Assembly (NCBI RefSeq): GCF_009914755.1
Contig: NC_060926.1
Length of the DNA: 64,000 bases
Direction: 5' to 3' (one strand)
Source of the DNA: the human T2T-CHM13v2.0 reference genome, Homo sapiens
The notes below the pieces were generated by a model. That model saw only the letters and a program-made list of their open reading frames with translations, made no database searches and was not told where the DNA came from. Both the position numbers and the translations under genes were made by a program. Position 1 is the first letter of the stretch; every line of letters begins with the position of its first letter. Below are positions 58,922-64,000 of this stretch, piece after piece.

Positions 58922-59229
58922 GGCCAGGCGTGGTGGCTCAAATCTGTAATCCTAGCAGTTTGGGAGGCTAAGGTGGGTGGATCACGAGGTCAGCAAGTTC
59001 AAGACCAGCCTGGCCAAGATGGTGAAACCCTATCTCTACTAAAAATACAAAAATTAGCCAGGCACGGTGGCAGGTGCCTGTAATCCCAGCTGCTGGGGAG
59101 GCTGAGGCAGAGAATTGCTGGAAGCCAGGAGGCGGAGGTTGCAGTGAGCCAAGATCATGCCACTGCACTCCAGCCTGGCGACAGAGCGAGACTCCAGCTC
59201 AAAAAAACAAACAAACAAACAAAAAAAAA
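58922..59229 (+). mobile_element. Alu with TSD ttagtcatcaa
   Basis: Alu consensus. Confidence 0.92.
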
Positions 59230-59533
59230 CTTAGTCATCAAACTTTTAACTACGTTAGTCATTTTAATAGCAGCTATAAATTAATTGCTACTAGCTAAGA
59301 TAAACTGTTAGATAACACAGCTCATAATATAGTACTACTTATTTTTTATTAATTTAGAGTAGAGGGCCAAACTACTGCTAAATACTGGCCAAAATTAAAA
59401 GACTAGATTCTAGCAATTTTTCAGGATTAGGTATTTCAGATTGCGGCATACTTCTTGAAACACACTTGCCGAAATCTGCTTGGTAGACATCCTCAATCAC
59501 TGCCCTTATACCTTTACCTCTGCAGCTTCTTAA

Positions 59534-59935
<402 letters not shown>

Positions 59936-60640
59936 CTAAACTGTAAAGTTTATCGGGCCCTTTGACATGTATTGGTTTATTGACTCCCAAAAATCTGAAG
60001 TTCAGAGAAATTTAATGACTTTGCCCAAGGTCTCATAACTGAGTTAGAAACCAGAATTGTAATCTAGATTTTTAAACTTCAGATTTCATTTATTTTGCAT
60101 TTCATTAAATTGCCTTAGTCCTGACTGCCCTTTCTAAAGCATTTTCCTGGGTTTCTGGTAAGCTGACTGCTTATTCCACTGCTGATTGCTAGATTACAAT
60201 CTCTTGTGCGACCTTTGCCCTGGCTGATTACTTCCTTTGTTGATTCTTTGGCATATGTTAAATTCTTCTGAAGTTGCTTTTTTACCCTAATAAGTGACCG
60301 ATAGCTGCTAATGCTCCAGTGACAATATTTCCCATGGGAAACCAAAACACCATCAACTTGCTACTAAAATACTGCATCATCATGGCTGACATTTTTCCAT
60401 TTCTTCCTGGAAGCAGAATGGAAGATACTGGGTACGGCTGAACTAAAACTCCAACTAATTGTAAATATGAAAGCAAAGAAGCTATATTGGTTATGCAATT
60501 CTACACATTCAGTGCTGCTTGAGTGTTTCTAAGTTCCTTGCTCTAGCTAATGTTTCTATTTAAAAAGTAGACAAATTTGATGACTAACAACGGAGAACAC
60601 GAAACAAATCTGGTGAATACCAGAATTAAGACATGTGTCA

Positions 60641-60726
60641 GCCAGGCGCAGTGGCTCATGCCTGTAATCCCAGCACTTTGGGAGGCCGAGGCGGGTGGAT
60701 CACGAGGTCAGGAGACCGAGACTATC
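60641..60726 (+). mobile_element. Alu 5' fragment cut off at the fusion breakpoint
   Basis: First ~85 nt of an AluY/Sc-like element only. Confidence 0.88.
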
Positions 60727-60761
60727 TGAGGGAGAATCTTCAGGTTTTTTCTTCTCTTTTG
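60724..60761 (-). pseudogene. Truncated RANBP2 exon ([13 protein letters not shown]) fused to an Alu
   Basis: gttacag|CA AAA GAG AAG AAA AAA CCT GAA GAT TCT CCC TCA GAT, then Alu sequence. Confidence 0.85.
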
Positions 60762-61849
60762 CTGTAACACCAGTCAAAAAAATTGACAAAGATAAGGTAT
60801 TAAGTATTGACGTTAATACTCTACCTGAAAATAAAAACCATGGAACCTATCTATAGGTTAAAACAGCATACTGATAAAAAACACATATACTTTGATGCAG
60901 AGATGTACGATAATCATGAATTAGAATTAGCATCCTGATTTAGTTTTCTACCAAAAACCCTAAGTGAACACAGAATCTATTTAAAACGAAAGAAAACAAA
61001 AAAATCTTGTGTTTACTTAATAGTCATTGAAAAGAATTACTACAAATTTCTAGAATTTAAAAAGGTTAAAAATTTTAAAGTGTTGCCTAACTATACTTAG
61101 CATACAATAGTTTACCAAAATATCCATGCATTTGCAGCAATTGAAAAAAATCTTAAAACATAAGCAAGTATTAGTATACATATGAAACTAATCCAAAGCC
61201 AACTGTGATTAGTTCCTGTAAGGAAAGTTAACAATTGCCAAGAATGGAAGGTGACTAGAGTTGCATCTAGTTTGCCTGTGTTCAAGCATGATACTAGATA
61301 AAATTAAATAAAAACTGTTACTCTATGGGTAGCTAACACTATAAAATCTAAGACCATTCATATGGCTGAAAACAACCCATCCCCAGCCACCATCAATGCA
61401 AAGGGCAAAAAATTAGAAACAGAAAAAACTTCTATATGCAACCTGTTCTGATCTATTAATGTAAAGAACAACTTCTGGCTAAAGGAGTTTAATAAAGTAA
61501 GCCAGTTATGAAGCATGCCATGTATACCAACTGGTGACAGGGAAACATTCTGAGAGCTATGGTGTCCAATATGGTAGCCTAGCCACATTCTATTAAAACC
61601 TCACAAGGTGGCTAGTCCAAATCAAGACATGCTAACAGTAAGTGTAAACACACACACTGGATTTTGAAGACTTGGTGAAAAACAATAATGTAAAATATCA
61701 TTAATTTTTATATTAATTAGAAGTTAAAATGATATTTTGGACATAATGAGTTAAATCAAATCTATCGATAAAGTTACTTTCATCTGTTTCCCTTTTTAAC
61801 TGTTTCTTTTTATTCTTTTTAATATGGCTACTAGAAAATTTATTTATTT

Positions 61850-62006
61850 ATGTATTTATTTGAGATGCGGTCTTGCTTTGTCACCCAGAGCTGGAGTGCA
61901 GTGATGTGATCATAGTTCACTGAAGCCTGGAACTTGTGGGCTCAAGTGATCCCTCTGCCTCAGCCTCCCAAGTAACTGGGATTATAGGCACAAGCCATTG
62001 CACCAA
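61850..62006 (-). mobile_element. Alu monomer (FRAM/right arm) within a MER3-like hAT relic (about 61555-62065)
   Basis: Alu right-arm motifs; tgtccaatatggtagcc...ctattggatgacactgctct flanks. Confidence 0.7.
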
Positions 62007-63141
62007 ATGACAATTTTAAATTACATACACAGGTTATATTTTATTTCTATTGGATGACACTGCTCTGCAGAACCAGTGCCCTTCCTTTTACAATGTTAAA
62101 TTTGTCCCTCTCCTTCATTATAAACGAAAACCTAGTATCATTTCCTAGCTAGGAGAAATAACAGTACACCGTAAGATACAGATTCTTGTTCCACTTCTGC
62201 TATTACTCAGTAAAGACCTCTTGGGTAAATCAGATAGCCTCTCTTGGCCTCAGTTTACTCATGTCTAAAGTCTTCATTTCTAAGGTCCCTTGGGACAATG
62301 ACATTATCAGATTCAAAACAGAATAAGGCTCTATGTTCTACAGTAGTGTATAGGCACATTCGTTCTTAGGTCAGGGATTCCTAACCTAGAGCTCACAGAA
62401 ACTGTACGCAAGTATACATCCACTTTTAAGTTAACACTTTTCACATTTCTCAAAGACCGTATCTTTAAAATAAAAGATTAAGAGCTACCTTAGCTGGTAA
62501 TAAAACTGGTATACTTAAAAAAAAATCAGAGATTGTTATTTTATCATTGTACTTGTTTGGCATGGCTAAGATGTGTTACTGGTCACTAAGGGTGAGGTTT
62601 CACTTCCCTAACCTGTTCTTGAAGGCCTTCAACAGATCCCACTTCTTGTTCCACTCTAGTAGCCACACTTCTAAAAATGATCTGTGCAACATATATAATA
62701 TGCAAGCTGTAGAATGCTGGCTGTTAAAAATGGGGTCCATTTTCAAATACAACATTTTTCTAAACCATGCACAAAAGAACAGCCCTACAGGGACACTCTT
62801 CCATACTGTATACATGCCGTTGCCACTACATGTGAATACTGGCAGACGTTAGTGGCTAAAGATAAACATTAGATAAAACATAGGTCTTCACTGAGCAGAC
62901 CTGAAATAGCAGAGCAATGAAGTACATTACAAATCAGCATCCCAGTACATTTTAAAAAACAAACCAACAAGGGTGTCATGCCACCAGTCAAAAGGTACTT
63001 TGCTTAAACTGGCATTCTTTAACATTCATGTTGTAGTGGTAAGTACTTCATTTCATACAGCCACAGTTATTAATACTTTCCTAAGGGCTACCAGCTGCTA
63101 AAAACTGCTGTTATCTCATACTGAGAATGCTAGTTCTATAC

Positions 63142-63219
63142 CTTTGCTCTCAGGCTGTGAGGAAGGGGTGCTAGTCCAAAAGGCCATGGGATTAGATTTA
63201 AAAAGGCTAAAATTAAATC
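63142..63219 (-). CDS. RGPD2: 78-nt in-frame RANBP2-derived cassette exon (GFNFSLFKSNPMAFWTSTPSSQPESK)
   Basis: ttttctag|GA acceptor, AAAG|gtatag donor, phase 1-1, no stop; peptide recalled from RANBP2 alternative isoforms. Confidence 0.7.
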
Positions 63220-63429
63220 CTAGAAAATAAAGAATATTTCATTTTTTAACATTTTAGGAAACAAAATGAATATGCTTTTAAAACATAAAAAGCCAGAATC
63301 CCTCAATTTATACCACCAATCTGACTGTCTTACATATTCATTTATCCCTGTAGTTTCATTCTTTGCTCATTTAATACATGAGCAAGACTGACATACAACA
63401 CATAAAATGAGAACATCTCAATATCATGG

Positions 63430-63743
63430 TTTTTTTTGTTTTTTTGTTTTTTTTTTTTTTTTTGGAGACAAAGTCTCACTCAGTCAGGCTGGAGTGCAGT
63501 GGCATGATTTCAGCTCACTGCTACCTCCATCTCCTGTGCTCAAGCGATCCACCTGCCTCAACCTCCTGAGTAGCTGCTAATTATAGGCACGCACCACCAC
63601 GCCCGGCTCATTTTTGTATTTTCAGTAGAAACAGGGTTTCACCACATTGGCCAGGCTGGTCTCGAACTCCTGAGCTCAAGTGATCTGCCCACCTCAACCT
63701 CCCAAAGTGCTGGCATTCTAGGAGTGAGCCACCGTGCCCAGCC
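63430..63743 (-). mobile_element. Alu with TSD tcaatatcatg
   Basis: Alu consensus, flanking repeat. Confidence 0.9.
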
Positions 63744-64000
63744 TCAATATCATGTTTTCTGAGTGACAAAAGAAACAGAACAAATGAAAATGAACACTTT
63801 AAAAAAAGACTCACGTTAATGCGCATGATTCAAGCATGAGTCCGTACACTGTACCAAGTTCTTTTGCTCTGCCCTAGCATGATAGAAGTATCTTCCAGTT
63901 ACTGAAATGTCTTTAACTAAGTTCTCTTGCTCTTTGAAACCTCACCGTGAACTTATTAAGGGAGAAAAAAAATTGCTCAAATATTTTGGGGGTGTTCACA

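Noticed and set aside
60115-60476. Two minus-strand ORFs after an AG in the GCC2-derived intron
   Set aside because: No GCC2 or RANBP2 similarity recognised and no convincing donor.

Overview
Primate (almost certainly human) genomic DNA from the chromosome 2 segmental-duplication mosaic, not prokaryotic. Three duplicated gene fragments are joined. (1) + strand, 1791-20095: seven consecutive ANAPC1 exons, still in one open frame, with no further ANAPC1 exon found (ANAPC1 pseudogene copy). (2) + strand, about 30000-42145: plasminogen exons 1-5. Exons 1-3 encode the 96-aa plasminogen-like protein B (PLGLB1/2); exons 4-5 are degenerate. (3) - strand, 39375 to past the window end: the 3' end of an RGPD1/2-type RANBP2-GCC2 fusion gene. 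The RANBP2/GCC2 breakpoint can be read at about 60724, where a RANBP2 exon is cut and joined to an Alu. The GRIP exon has a Tyr->His change, one GCC2 exon is frameshifted, and the terminal exon (GLQETSIPKKK*) is exonised antisense from PLG intron 4. Introns hold about 28 Alus, L1/L2, MaLR/ERVL LTRs, DNA-transposon relics, an L1-retrotransposed (poly-A, TSD) ERV1 copy and several locally templated insertions. PLGLB on + with RGPD on - fits the ANAPC1P4-PLGLB2-RGPD2 locus, but the near-identical PLGLB1/RGPD1 copy cannot be excluded from sequence alone. Comparisons with parent genes are from recalled sequences, not alignments. No wholly new biological system is supported; the interest is in gene-fusion and exon-evolution details.
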